This document shows, piece by piece, positions 9,465-17,825 of a stretch of DNA of 43,601 bases (position 1 is its first letter; each line of letters starts with the position of its first letter). This DNA is from a virus (lineage: Duplodnaviria > Heunggongvirae > Uroviricota > Caudoviricetes). A model generated the notes under the pieces. It ran no database searches and was not told where the DNA came from. It saw only the letters and a program-made list of their open reading frames with translations. Location of the stretch: positions 1 through 43,601 of IMG/VR virus record IMGVR_UViG_3300045988_013455; one strand, 5' to 3'. Position numbers and translations under genes: made by a program.

Positions 9465-10091
9465 TTAACGGCGGCGACGTTCGCGGCGCGGTGCTTCGTC
9501 TTCTTCGTCATCTTCCAGGTCGTCGACGCTTGCGGCGACTTTAGAACCGCCGAATGCTTTACCTTCGCCGACGTATTTAATCGCCAGCAGGTTAACGCCG
9601 AGTACTTTGTATTTCTGGCTGAACCAGATTTCAACGCTTACGTTAGCGACACAGCCGCTGTAAACCTGTTCGCCTTCAATCTGTTCCCCGTCTACGTTGA
9701 AGTCCTGTTCTACCTGAGTCTCACCCTTTTTAGAGGTTACAATCAGTGGCTGTTTCTGTGCCTTCGCTTTGAAGTAGAAGCCTTCCGGGAAGTCTTCAAA
9801 CGGATTGTCGCGCTCGGCGATGTCTTTAATCGCGCATTTATCCATGTGCTTACCTTCACCGTAGTTGGACTTCATCCACTTCTCGGCAGCGGCTGCACCT
9901 AACGCCTCTTCAACTACAGCGTAAACAGTGTCGTAGAGCGCATCGATTTGAGCATGGTCAGACGGCAGGATAATAGTCGCGCTGTACTGACCTTTAGTGA
10001 TTGAGCCATCATCGTTTTCACGGTCTTTTTCGCGTTCGAATACGTTAACCCAGGCAGTGTTTACTTTACGCAGATTTAATTTCAGTCCCAT
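9465..10091 (-). CDS. Single-stranded DNA-binding protein, T7 gp2.5 / DUF2815-like
   Basis: N-terminal KLNLRKVNTAWVNVFE, internal YSGCVANVS, acidic tail DDLEDDEEDE; recalled family resemblance, not searched. Confidence 0.55.
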   Translation of the reverse strand: MGLKLNLRKVNTAWVNVFEREKDRENDDGSITKGQYSATIILPSDHAQIDALYDTVYAVVEEALGAAAAEKWMKSNYGEGKHMDKCAIKDIAERDNPFEDFPEGFYFKAKAQKQPLIVTSKKGETQVEQDFNVDGEQIEGEQVYSGCVANVSVEIWFSQKYKVLGVNLLAIKYVGEGKAFGGSKVAASVDDLEDDEEDEAPRRERRRR

Positions 10092-10143
10092 TTGATTTCT
10101 CGCTTTTCAGTTTACTCCGGGAACTGCCCGGCCAGTGATTAGA

Positions 10144-10172
10144 ACTATAATAGCTAACTATTCAGGTGTCAA
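10144..10172 (-). promoter_or_regulatory. Sigma70-like promoter (TTGACA-17-TATAGT) upstream of SSB gene
   Basis: Minus strand reads TTGACAcctgaatagttagctatTATAGT; shares the AACTATTC motif with other promoters. Confidence 0.5.
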
Positions 10173-10405
10173 CCCTTCCAGCCAGTTATTTTCTCAACTA
10201 TAGTCAGATATACGTTAGGCCACTTCAAATTACGCACCCACTCAACTTCTTTGGCGTACACCAAATCCTCTAGCTCTATTTTCCTGCACTTGAACGCGGT
10301 ATACGCGAAAAACGGAAGAAGCATTATGACAAGCGGCAATATTAGCGCGTGATAAGTTAAAAACGCCACAAAACCGCCAATTACTCTGAACATTTTACGA
10401 ATCAT
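10169..10405 (-). CDS. Small membrane protein (start set at RBS-supported ATG; track ORF extends to 10468)
   Basis: GAGGAGGA RBS then ATG (MIRKMFRVIGGFVAFLTYHALILPLVIMLLPFF); hydrophobic segment. Confidence 0.5.
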   Translation of the reverse strand: MIRKMFRVIGGFVAFLTYHALILPLVIMLLPFFAYTAFKCRKIELEDLVYAKEVEWVRNLKWPNVYLTIVEKITGWKG

Positions 10406-11697
10406 TCTAAATCCTCCTCTGTTACCTGATTCCACTCGGGTCGTTTGTCGCCCGCCGTTGCAACACATGGTGCGCCCGGCTTACGGGTAATAAAGTCTTT
10501 CAGTTCATCTTCCGACACAACTTTAACCGCTTCGGTCGGCGTCATGAGCACTACCTTTTGCAGCATAGTACCGTACTTCGCGAATACCGCATCGGCATCT
10601 TTCCACGAACGATTACCAGGACGACCTTCAACCAGCTTGTACCCCGGCACTTTCTTACCGGAATGCAACGCGGTGGCCATAGCCTTTTCAACCTTGTCGA
10701 TGTGCTGGCGCAACAACGGCAACTTCTCATATTCAGCTACGAGTTGCTCTGGTGTCAGTTCCAGTGCCAAGTCGTCCTCCAGTTCTTCCTCCAGTACAGA
10801 ATTAACCGTCTTTGTACGCGCTGCGCACTGTTCAGAGAACCGACACCACTGGCATCCATCTACCGATGGCTTGAAGTCCGACGCTTTCAGGTTCTTCTTA
10901 CCGCGGAAATACGCATCAAGCGCCAACAGTGCACGTTTCTGTGCGAACTTAGCGAACAGTTCCAGACCTTCAACCGAGATGTCCCACTCTGACGCACCCC
11001 CAGCGTACGGCTGGAAGATGACCAGACGAACCATGGTGATGTTATAACGTCTCTTGAGTCGGCGATAAACACCAAGAGCGTAAAGCATAAGCTGCTTGTT
11101 TTCTTTCGCTTCGACACGATGCCGTCCTGTTTTAAGGTCGCCGATGATGAGCATCGCGGAGTTACTTTCACCTGTAAAGCCTTCTATAACCGCCACTAAG
11201 TCGGCTGTCCCGAATGTCTCTAAATCATCCTCCTTACCTTCTTCACTCTCAGCAGGTACTTTGTATCCCGGATGCAATACCTCAGTAAGATTGACGCGCA
11301 TTTCTAACTTTGCATAAGTCGCTACATCGATAATCGCTTTGCAGTAGTCGGTGTACTTGCGCACCTGCTCAATCATGTCCGCCGTAATCAGTACAGCACC
11401 TTTCATTTGGCGTATTAGCGCCTTAATCTGGCCTTTGCCCTCATCCAGCACGTAAGCACCGACTTCGCGCTCTAACGGCAACGCAGTGCCGCGTATATAG
11501 GCGTTGAGATGGACCTCAGCTATAGTGTGGCATGCTGTTCCTGTAACGGCGGATTTACCCGACGTGTTAGGAATGTCTTTTTCACACGCCAGTGACGCAG
11601 CACATGACAGCCACTTTTTAGCGCCCGACGGTGACAATAATGCGTGCACATCGTTATTACCGCCGCGTTCCTTTAAAATCATACCCTGCTCTCCCAC
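10402..11697 (-). CDS. PD-(D/E)XK exonuclease, RecB/Cas4-like with Fe-S cysteine cluster
   Basis: GTADLVAV...IGDLKTG...QLMLYAL nuclease core; N-terminal Cys plus C-terminal CQWCRFSEQC (CxxCx5C). Confidence 0.7.
   Translation of the reverse strand: MGEQGMILKERGGNNDVHALLSPSGAKKWLSCAASLACEKDIPNTSGKSAVTGTACHTIAEVHLNAYIRGTALPLEREVGAYVLDEGKGQIKALIRQMKGAVLITADMIEQVRKYTDYCKAIIDVATYAKLEMRVNLTEVLHPGYKVPAESEEGKEDDLETFGTADLVAVIEGFTGESNSAMLIIGDLKTGRHRVEAKENKQLMLYALGVYRRLKRRYNITMVRLVIFQPYAGGASEWDISVEGLELFAKFAQKRALLALDAYFRGKKNLKASDFKPSVDGCQWCRFSEQCAARTKTVNSVLEEELEDDLALELTPEQLVAEYEKLPLLRQHIDKVEKAMATALHSGKKVPGYKLVEGRPGNRSWKDADAVFAKYGTMLQKVVLMTPTEAVKVVSEDELKDFITRKPGAPCVATAGDKRPEWNQVTEEDLE
10403..10423. repeat. 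21-nt junction module tcattctaaatcctcctctgt (copy 1), identical to 13454..13474
   Basis: On the minus strand encodes TEEDLE-stop of the upstream gene plus GAGGAGGA RBS and ATG of the downstream gene. Confidence 0.85.
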
Positions 11698-11951
11698 TGG
11701 TCAATTAAATGCCGAGTCTTATGTTCGCAGTGCATAGCCCACCCATACATCGACTCGAAGACATAAAAGTCAGGTTTGGCGAAAGTCGTGCGCTTAATCT
11801 GCGACACGTGGCGGCCTATATCTTTAGGCCGTGGCACTTTTCCTAAGTACGCCATCTCTTCCATCAGGTGCGCACCGGACGGCGCACGTAACAGCCATAG
11901 CGCCTCTGTGTTATCCCGCCTGTCTACGGCGCGGTAGAGTTGGTAAATCAT
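11679..11951 (-). CDS. Hypothetical protein (90 aa)
   Basis: ORF in operon; overlaps neighbours by a few nt. Confidence 0.4.
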   Translation of the reverse strand: MIYQLYRAVDRRDNTEALWLLRAPSGAHLMEEMAYLGKVPRPKDIGRHVSQIKRTTFAKPDFYVFESMYGWAMHCEHKTRHLIDQWESRV

Positions 11952-12235
11952 TGCGCCTTCTCCCGCATTTTCAGAAATACAATCATAGCAGCGCGTAGAG
12001 GGTTCTCGTGCGTACTTTTAGTGAACGATGCAGAGTGGTACGCACGATATGTAAACGTATGCCGGTTAACCGTAACGCATTCAATTGATATGTGATTATC
12101 AATTATTATGGACCATGCATCAGATGGGTTGTTGCAGTAGTCTTTGGCCTTAAACGAATTCAATCCTGAAATTTGCATAATCTCTGCGTGCACACGGCAG
12201 TTAATCTCAAAATCGCCCATTTCTTCATATTTCAT
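11948..12235 (-). CDS. Hypothetical protein (95 aa)
   Basis: ORF in operon; preceded by RBS-like GAGGG. Confidence 0.4.
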   Translation of the reverse strand: MKYEEMGDFEINCRVHAEIMQISGLNSFKAKDYCNNPSDAWSIIIDNHISIECVTVNRHTFTYRAYHSASFTKSTHENPLRAAMIVFLKMREKAQ

Positions 12236-12278
12236 AATTACGACCCTCAGTTAAAGCGGCCCGAAGGCCGCAGGATAT

Positions 12279-12788
12279 TTATTCTTCTTCAAAATACTTG
12301 TTCTTGATTGCCGTCAGTCGCTCCAGATATTCGACCAGGTCTTCGTCCTTAATCGCAGCAATCTTCATCTTCTCGCCAGTGAACTCTTCCAGCAGTTCAT
12401 CAGAATCATCACACGCGGCATCGCTAGGGCCTTCGTTAATCGCATCATCGATAGCCTGAATCTGGTCACGAAGAGACTGGTAATCGACCTCTTCTTCCGG
12501 CTCTGGCGTTGGTTCCTCTACTTTAGCTTTCCGCGGCTTGCGTTTTGGTTTCTCTTCTTCTGCCGGTTTAGTGTCAACAAGGTCTTCACCTTCGACTGGG
12601 ATTTCTTTTGTTTCTTCTTTTACAACAGTAGGCGTGATTGTTGCAGTTTCTGCGACACCACTGTCGACGTCTTTACCATATGGCGCCGTGATAGCCTTCG
12701 GCAGTTCAGTACGGCGTGCACTGTTCGCAGCAATCAGTTCATGTGCAACTACGAAACGTTCCAGTAATTTTAAGAATTGGTCTAACAT
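12279..12788 (-). CDS. Acidic hypothetical protein (169 aa)
   Basis: RBS GAGGAGAGA upstream of ATG; highly acidic Glu/Asp-rich sequence. Confidence 0.5.
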   Translation of the reverse strand: MLDQFLKLLERFVVAHELIAANSARRTELPKAITAPYGKDVDSGVAETATITPTVVKEETKEIPVEGEDLVDTKPAEEEKPKRKPRKAKVEEPTPEPEEEVDYQSLRDQIQAIDDAINEGPSDAACDDSDELLEEFTGEKMKIAAIKDEDLVEYLERLTAIKNKYFEEE

Positions 12789-12819
12789 TTGTTTCTCTCC
12801 TCTCGTTTGGTATGGGCTA

Positions 12820-12849
12820 ACTATAATAGCTAACTATTCATGTTGTCAA
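12820..12849 (-). promoter_or_regulatory. Sigma70-like promoter (TTGACA-18-TATAGT) for the 12788 gene
   Basis: Minus strand TTGACAacatgaatagttagctatTATAGT; leader contains AAACGAGAGGAG. Confidence 0.5.
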
Positions 12850-12913
12850 TGGGCTTTCCTAAAATAATTAATATGGTACTATTCACATATAAACTGACTA
12901 AGGAGTAACTGAC

Positions 12914-13129
12914 ATGCAACCATCTGAACTAGGCATCCGTGTAGAACAACGCCGCAAAGAACTCGGCCTCTCTCAGCGCCGTCTGGCGGTCCTGGCTGGC
13001 GTTTCCCAGGGCGCAATTAACCAGCTGGCACTTGGGGTAACTCAGGACGTCCGCCCGGCAACGCTGTTTAAACTGGCGGAAGTGCTGCAAGTAGACGCCA
13101 AGTGGCTGGCGTTCGGTGAAGGGGCTTAA
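12914..13129 (+). CDS. XRE-family (Cro/CI-type) helix-turn-helix transcriptional regulator
   Basis: RRKELGLSQRRLAVLAGVSQGAINQLALG is a typical HTH_3 signature; lone plus-strand gene with own terminator. Confidence 0.7.
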   Translation: MQPSELGIRVEQRRKELGLSQRRLAVLAGVSQGAINQLALGVTQDVRPATLFKLAEVLQVDAKWLAFGEGA

Positions 13130-13146
13130 CGCCCCTTTCTTTTTAT
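13119..13146 (+). terminator. Rho-independent terminator after XRE regulator gene
   Basis: GGGGC-ttaac-GCCCC followed by TTTCTTTTT. Confidence 0.7.
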
Positions 13147-13457
13147 CGCAAATTATCAAGTTCTTCCAAGTTCTTAATCATGCGCTGCACGTTCAGGTAT
13201 TGGAGTAAAGCCAAAGGATACACACTTACCGGGAAGCTGATTACAATCGCCAATCCAAAAACCAATGTATAGATAGCTTCGATAATCTCCCCCAGTGTCA
13301 TATCTAAAACGTCTTTAAACCTCCCAACACGCCCCGCCGCCCATCTACAAAAAGCCCACCAGTTGTTTGCTACACAAGAAACACATGTCAGGTAAGACGG
13401 GCGGTAGCCCGCGTACACCGCTTTACTTGGGTCATTGATGAAGTCGTAAATATTCAT
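13143..13457 (-). CDS. Hypothetical protein with C-terminal hydrophobic segment (104 aa)
   Basis: Same GAGGAGGA-N7-ATG junction module as at 10405; TLVFGLAIVISFPVSVYPLALL. Confidence 0.5.
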   Translation of the reverse strand: MNIYDFINDPSKAVYAGYRPSYLTCVSCVANNWWAFCRWAAGRVGRFKDVLDMTLGEIIEAIYTLVFGLAIVISFPVSVYPLALLQYLNVQRMIKNLEELDNLR

Positions 13458-13474
13458 TCTAAATCCTCCTCTGT
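13454..13474. repeat. 21-nt junction module (copy 2), identical to 10403..10423
   Basis: Exact 21/21 identity; encodes TEEDLE-stop of the primase-helicase and RBS+ATG of the next gene. Confidence 0.85.
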
Positions 13475-15724
13475 CACTGTCAGCATTTCATTCGGTTCGT
13501 ATAATGTCTTCGGAATCTTGTTGTCGTTTATACCCCACGGCAACCGGTATTGCTTAGGTATAGGTCTGTTGTTGTTATCCAGACCCGAGACGATAACCCT
13601 GGCCTCGTGCATCTCTTCCAGTTTCTTTCGAAGGTCGTTATTAGCGTTAATCGGTACGCCGTAACTATCTTCTTTCGCCGCTTTGACGATAGCGGACATG
13701 GAGAACCCTCGCTTGTCGTCGCCCTGCTCCTGCAATTTACCCAATGCGTAAATAACCGTAGCCTCTTTGGGATCCAGTTTCTCGAACTGGCCTACCTTTT
13801 CTTTAACGGCCGCTTTACCTTCTTTCGTCAACCCTTCTTCCCGCTCTTTCTCCTCGTCAGTCTTGAACGGCTCGAAGCCCCACGGCATCAGTACAAGCGC
13901 CTTGTGTGGTTCTGGCAGGTCCAGGTTTACGATTGTGCCGTATTCCTCTGTGTTACCCAGGAACTCAACCGCACGGTACTCTTTCGGCGGCGGGGCTTCA
14001 CGGAACTGTACAGATTCCAGCACCATACCAACCGTCTTCTGTTGAGGCCCGTGCTTAAATTTAGAGTGGTATACATTTATCTGACGGTCGGTTGCGCGTT
14101 CAATTGTCAGTTCCACATCGACGCCTGCGTACAGAGCGCCACTACCACGGGCTTTCTTTCCGCCCTTCGGCGTATGGTGAACGACGCCCACCGCGGCTTT
14201 GGTTGCGTCGCGTACTTCTTTCAGGATGGCGATAACTTTACCCATGCCAATTGCCGTCGATGAACTGTTCTCGTCGAACTTATCAATCGTCAGGGCCAGC
14301 GTCTGGTTAAGGGTGTCGAACGCAACCATGCCAATAGGCTCGTCGCCCGCAGTTTCGCGCATTAACTTAATCAGGCTTTTCAGTTTGCCGACTTCGCCCA
14401 TATCGATGACATGTACATAATCTTTACCCTCTGCACCGTATTTAGCCGCGAGCGCGTCAATACGTGTACGTGTGGCTGCGCCACCCTCACCGTCGATATA
14501 GAAATGGTGGCAACGCTGGGTGTCCGCCCCTGCAAACCGGTATCCGGCGGCGCTAAGGTACATCATCCCAAGCGTATAAAACGATTTGTACGTGCCAGAT
14601 TCACCGACGATATCCCAGATACAATCCGACGGCATGTACCCTTCTACGACGAAATCAGCCTTTACCGGTTCCGGTAACTCGTCCTCCTCTGAATCCTCGC
14701 CGTCTTCCAGGTCGTCGAGACTGCATGAGACAGATTCCCGCACGCCCCACCCGATAGCCTCAGCGACTTCACTGAACGGCAGCCCGGTTGCATTGCACGC
14801 GTACTTCCACACCTCTTTCGGCGACATGCCTTCGGTTGCCATAATGTCGGTGTCGTGAATCATGGTTACGTTAGGCGCTTCGTAGCCCTCACGCGGGAAG
14901 CACAGCAGGAAGTCGTCCGACCGTGGTGTCGGGTCGCTGTAGTTCTCTGCATGTTCCGGTGTAGCCGGCATTTTAAGCCCGCGGGGTGTCATGATACCGC
15001 CGTACTCAAACGCCAGTGCCTCGAACGCATCAGTAAACGCTGTGCGCAGTTCTTCCGGTATCTGGTAATCCGACGCGCTGCTCACCTCGTAATCCGGGAT
15101 GCCCTCCAGTAACTCGTCCGGGTCAATCAGGTCGTTGCGGCGAGACCAGATAACGGTAGAGCCAACCGGCGGCAGGTACATAGGCTGGGACAGGGTAAAA
15201 CCGCTGCGGTCCGCGCCCATGCCTTTGAAGAAATGCTCCAGCAATCCATGACGAACTCGGATGATGTCACCACCTTCAACCGGGCGACCCAGCGGCATAA
15301 CGACGCGAAAGCGCGGGGACTCGTCGGTATGTGATGCCGTGGTATAGAGGCACATGGCCTGACGGCTGCGCTTAACCCGGCGCACCGCTTCCTGATACTC
15401 TTCCGGTGTTGCACTGTCGAAATCCAGATACGCCAGCGACGATTTGCTTACAGACGCGTCACAACGATAGAAAAATCCTTTACGCGCTTGCTTAAAGTCA
15501 CCGGTTTCCGGGTCTTTTACGGTGCTGTGCGTTGAGTCGCACGCGGCGGTAATATAGCCGGGCGCTGTCTTAGGGTTAATTCCGTCGCGAACGGCATCGA
15601 GCGGCTGAATTAACTCTTTCAGGTCGTCCAGTGTTGCCGTGTGTGTGGTTCTGACGTTTATATCCTTTTTCTCCGCCCGCGCGTTGCGACGAGACCACGA
15701 GTAGGATAAAATTACATCGGACAT
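13454..15724 (-). CDS. Bifunctional primase-polymerase (PrimPol-like N-terminus) fused to RecA-fold helicase/ATPase
   Basis: N-terminal LAYLDFD, TTASHTD, RFRVVMPL; central GESGTYKS (Walker A), MVAFDTL (Walker B), VVHHTPKGG. Confidence 0.7.
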   Translation of the reverse strand: MSDVILSYSWSRRNARAEKKDINVRTTHTATLDDLKELIQPLDAVRDGINPKTAPGYITAACDSTHSTVKDPETGDFKQARKGFFYRCDASVSKSSLAYLDFDSATPEEYQEAVRRVKRSRQAMCLYTTASHTDESPRFRVVMPLGRPVEGGDIIRVRHGLLEHFFKGMGADRSGFTLSQPMYLPPVGSTVIWSRRNDLIDPDELLEGIPDYEVSSASDYQIPEELRTAFTDAFEALAFEYGGIMTPRGLKMPATPEHAENYSDPTPRSDDFLLCFPREGYEAPNVTMIHDTDIMATEGMSPKEVWKYACNATGLPFSEVAEAIGWGVRESVSCSLDDLEDGEDSEEDELPEPVKADFVVEGYMPSDCIWDIVGESGTYKSFYTLGMMYLSAAGYRFAGADTQRCHHFYIDGEGGAATRTRIDALAAKYGAEGKDYVHVIDMGEVGKLKSLIKLMRETAGDEPIGMVAFDTLNQTLALTIDKFDENSSSTAIGMGKVIAILKEVRDATKAAVGVVHHTPKGGKKARGSGALYAGVDVELTIERATDRQINVYHSKFKHGPQQKTVGMVLESVQFREAPPPKEYRAVEFLGNTEEYGTIVNLDLPEPHKALVLMPWGFEPFKTDEEKEREEGLTKEGKAAVKEKVGQFEKLDPKEATVIYALGKLQEQGDDKRGFSMSAIVKAAKEDSYGVPINANNDLRKKLEEMHEARVIVSGLDNNNRPIPKQYRLPWGINDNKIPKTLYEPNEMLTVTEEDLE

Positions 15725-15782
15725 GTTGTATTTCCTTCAGCAAGTAATTTGGCCTCGGCGTTCACCGCGTCGGGGCTTTCTT

Positions 15783-16016
15783 TTATTCCAGGTCTTCTAA
15801 AGTGGCTGTCATTCCGCGAACTTCAGCAATGGCACTATATTTCCCACCAACATTTTTCACGACATCAGATTTAACCAGCACCTTCAACGACCCCTCAATA
15901 ATGGCGGAACTATAGTACTTAAAATAACTACGGCGCAAGTCCATAACGCTGCACGACCCTTTTTTACGTGTCAACGAAACTACCGCCGTAAATACACGCG
16001 ACTGGAACTCGGTCAT
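15783..16016 (-). CDS. Hypothetical protein (77 aa), ends LEDLE
   Basis: ORF in early leftward operon; ATGA overlap with upstream small HTH gene. Confidence 0.45.
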   Translation of the reverse strand: MTEFQSRVFTAVVSLTRKKGSCSVMDLRRSYFKYYSSAIIEGSLKVLVKSDVVKNVGGKYSAIAEVRGMTATLEDLE

Positions 16017-16183
16017 TTCACGTTCTCCTTAATCCACGCTTCCACTTTCTCCGGGTCAAACGTACCTGGCTGCCGGCGCCCCATAATGCGGATGCAACAA
16101 TCCGGGAACTTCCCACTCTTTAACCAGTTATTCAGCGTGCGACGAGTAACCCCGATGCGCTCAGCTACCTCATTCTGTGTCAT
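16013..16183 (-). CDS. AlpA-like small HTH DNA-binding protein (about 56 aa; not in ORF track)
   Basis: My own translation: MTQNEVAERIGVTRRTLNNWLKSGKFPDCC...; first gene after leftward early promoter. Confidence 0.5.
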   Translation of the reverse strand: MTQNEVAERIGVTRRTLNNWLKSGKFPDCCIRIMGRRQPGTFDPEKVEAWIKENVK

Positions 16184-16215
16184 TCTCAAACCCTCATTAT
16201 CAGTTAACGAAACCG

Positions 16216-16244
16216 AGTATACATTGCGAATAATGGGAAATCAA
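16216..16244 (-). promoter_or_regulatory. Leftward early promoter (TTGATT-17-TATACT)
   Basis: Minus strand TTGATTtcccattattcgcaatgTATACT about 35 nt upstream of the AlpA-like start. Confidence 0.5.
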
Positions 16245-16623
16245 ACATAATTGCACCTATTGACATTATGAAAATCTTCGTTTAAGGTGCTTCTGTATCT
16301 TAGTTACTTTGATTCCTGTTCACCTTGTAAAACCGCTTAAAACGCAGCTGCGCGCAGCGCAAGCAAAGTGTTAAGCGAAAGTTTACTGAACATAAGAATT
16401 ATCGTAACTTCCTCCCTAAGTATCTCCGGTTGCCCTGGGCAAGCTCTATTCTCATCGGCGGCATATCTCTTAAGTATCTGATTTTCTTAATGTGCCGTAG
16501 ATTCGCAACCGTAAAAATGTAACGATTATTGGGCAGGCTTAGGGCCTGCCCTTTAGTTACCAAGTAATAAGAATAAAGGCACAGCCCTACCTGAAGAATC
16601 ACAACGGCAACGTAACTATTCTC

Positions 16624-16652
16624 TTGCACACCCCAACATAATAGGTTACTAT
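16624..16652 (+). promoter_or_regulatory. Rightward early promoter (TTGCAC-17-TACTAT) with conserved leader
   Basis: TTGCACaccccaacataataggtTACTATtcac then AAACGAGACAGAGGAG before the ATG at 16678. Confidence 0.55.
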
Positions 16653-16677
16653 TCACTTATCGAAACGAGACAGAGGA

Positions 16678-16884
16678 GTGATGGTTATGTTTAAGAAAGG
16701 TCAGTTGGCGAAAACGAAACGCACCGGACAATATGTATTAGTGTTGCAGGACGAGAACGAGTATGACGAGGATAATCTGGTTGACGTATGGGGCCTGGTA
16801 AGAAAGAAACCCGGGTTCGCCTACCGGGATAATTTAACACTAATAGGCAACAATTTTAAATTAAAAGGGGTGAGATATGAGTAA
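16678..16884 (+). CDS. Hypothetical early protein (68 aa)
   Basis: RBS GAGGAG upstream; first gene after the rightward early promoter. Confidence 0.45.
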   Translation: MMVMFKKGQLAKTKRTGQYVLVLQDENEYDEDNLVDVWGLVRKKPGFAYRDNLTLIGNNFKLKGVRYE

Positions 16885-17080
16885 GTGGATTAAGTGTAGT
16901 GAGATGCTGCCGGGCAATGGGTATGCTGATAAGGAGTTCCTGGTGTATGAAACGTTGAATAACGCCGTTCAGCACGATTATTACATAGTTCCTGATGACG
17001 GAAGAAAGCCTTTCTGGAATCACTACGATAAGTACGTAACGCACTGGATGCCCTTACCTGAGCCACCGGCGCCGGTGTAA
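16877..17080 (+). CDS. DUF551-like phage protein (67 aa)
   Basis: MSKWIKCSEMLP ... THWMPLPEPP, the recalled DUF551 signature; paralog of 17570..17755. Confidence 0.55.
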   Translation: MSKWIKCSEMLPGNGYADKEFLVYETLNNAVQHDYYIVPDDGRKPFWNHYDKYVTHWMPLPEPPAPV

Positions 17081-17161
17081 CAGGTGGTGTGGCGGGTCAA
17101 TGCTAAAAACGGCATCGAATCATGACGCTCGTGCCTACGACTCTGAGGGAGGTTGCCGTTA

Positions 17162-17419
17162 ATGAATAATACTGAACTGAAAACAGTAGCGGAATATAAC
17201 CGTAAAATACGGGTCATGCGTCGGGGTGCGGGGCTGGAGCAGTTCTATAACATGTGGCGCATTGCGACGCGCGACCCTGAGTTTCTTCAGACAGGTTATT
17301 ATTCCATTAAAGGCATTATCCCGATTCGTGCACGTAAGGATTATGGTTGGGTTCGTGAGACCCCTAATCTTTTGTGGTGCTGGTATTGTGGTGAATTCTG
17401 GGTAAGGGTTAAGGACTAA
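17162..17419 (+). CDS. Hypothetical early protein (85 aa from ATG; track ORF begins at TTG 17153)
   Basis: RBS GGGAGG about 8 nt upstream of ATG 17162. Confidence 0.4.
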   Translation: MNNTELKTVAEYNRKIRVMRRGAGLEQFYNMWRIATRDPEFLQTGYYSIKGIIPIRARKDYGWVRETPNLLWCWYCGEFWVRVKD

Positions 17420-17422
17420 GTT

Positions 17423-17566
17423 ATGAGAGAAGCATTTGAACGGTGGGCCGCCGTCGAGGGTCTGCCGGTTAACAAGGGTTCAAAGAAAGAGTACCTGAAC
17501 GTTAAGACGCGTCTCGCGTGGCGGGCGTGGAAAGCTGGTGCGCAGGCTGTGATGAATACGAGGTGA
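17423..17566 (+). CDS. Small hypothetical protein (about 47 aa; not in ORF track)
   Basis: My own translation: MREAFERWAAVEGLPVNKGSKKEYLNVKTRLAWRAWKAGAQAVMNTR. Confidence 0.3.
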   Translation: MREAFERWAAVEGLPVNKGSKKEYLNVKTRLAWRAWKAGAQAVMNTR

Positions 17567-17569
17567 GCT

Positions 17570-17755
17570 ATGGGTGAGTGGATTAAGTGTAGTGAGCGGA
17601 TGCCGGAGCCTTATGAATACGTTCTTGTAACTGATTGTTTTGTTGGCTGTGAGGTTATGCGTGTTAATTCAGATGGCTACTGGGGGCCTGCAAAGAGTTT
17701 ATATCACGGTGATATAACGCACTGGATGCCGTTACCTGAGCCCCCGGAAGTGTGA
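17570..17755 (+). CDS. DUF551-like phage protein (61 aa), second copy
   Basis: MGEWIKCSERMP ... ITHWMPLPEPPEV. Confidence 0.55.
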   Translation: MGEWIKCSERMPEPYEYVLVTDCFVGCEVMRVNSDGYWGPAKSLYHGDITHWMPLPEPPEV

Positions 17756-17788
17756 TGTTCAATAGTTTGGGATTTTACCGAGTGACTT

Positions 17789-17825
17789 ACGCTGCTACAC
17801 AGCAGCGTATCATTTTTCTCATTTT
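17789..17825 (+). terminator. Rho-independent terminator
   Basis: ACGCTGCT-acac-AGCAGCGT then ATCATTTTTCTCATTTTT. Confidence 0.65.

Noticed and set aside
12914-16183. Lysogeny module (XRE repressor plus AlpA-like excisionase)
   Set aside because: No integrase, recombinase or attachment-site-like repeats were found, so the HTH proteins are interpreted as transcription regulators of a lytic phage.
16399-16656. 85-aa minus-strand ORF in the divergent early promoter region
   Set aside because: It overlaps the rightward early promoter and palindromic control region, has no RBS, and looks like chance open frame.
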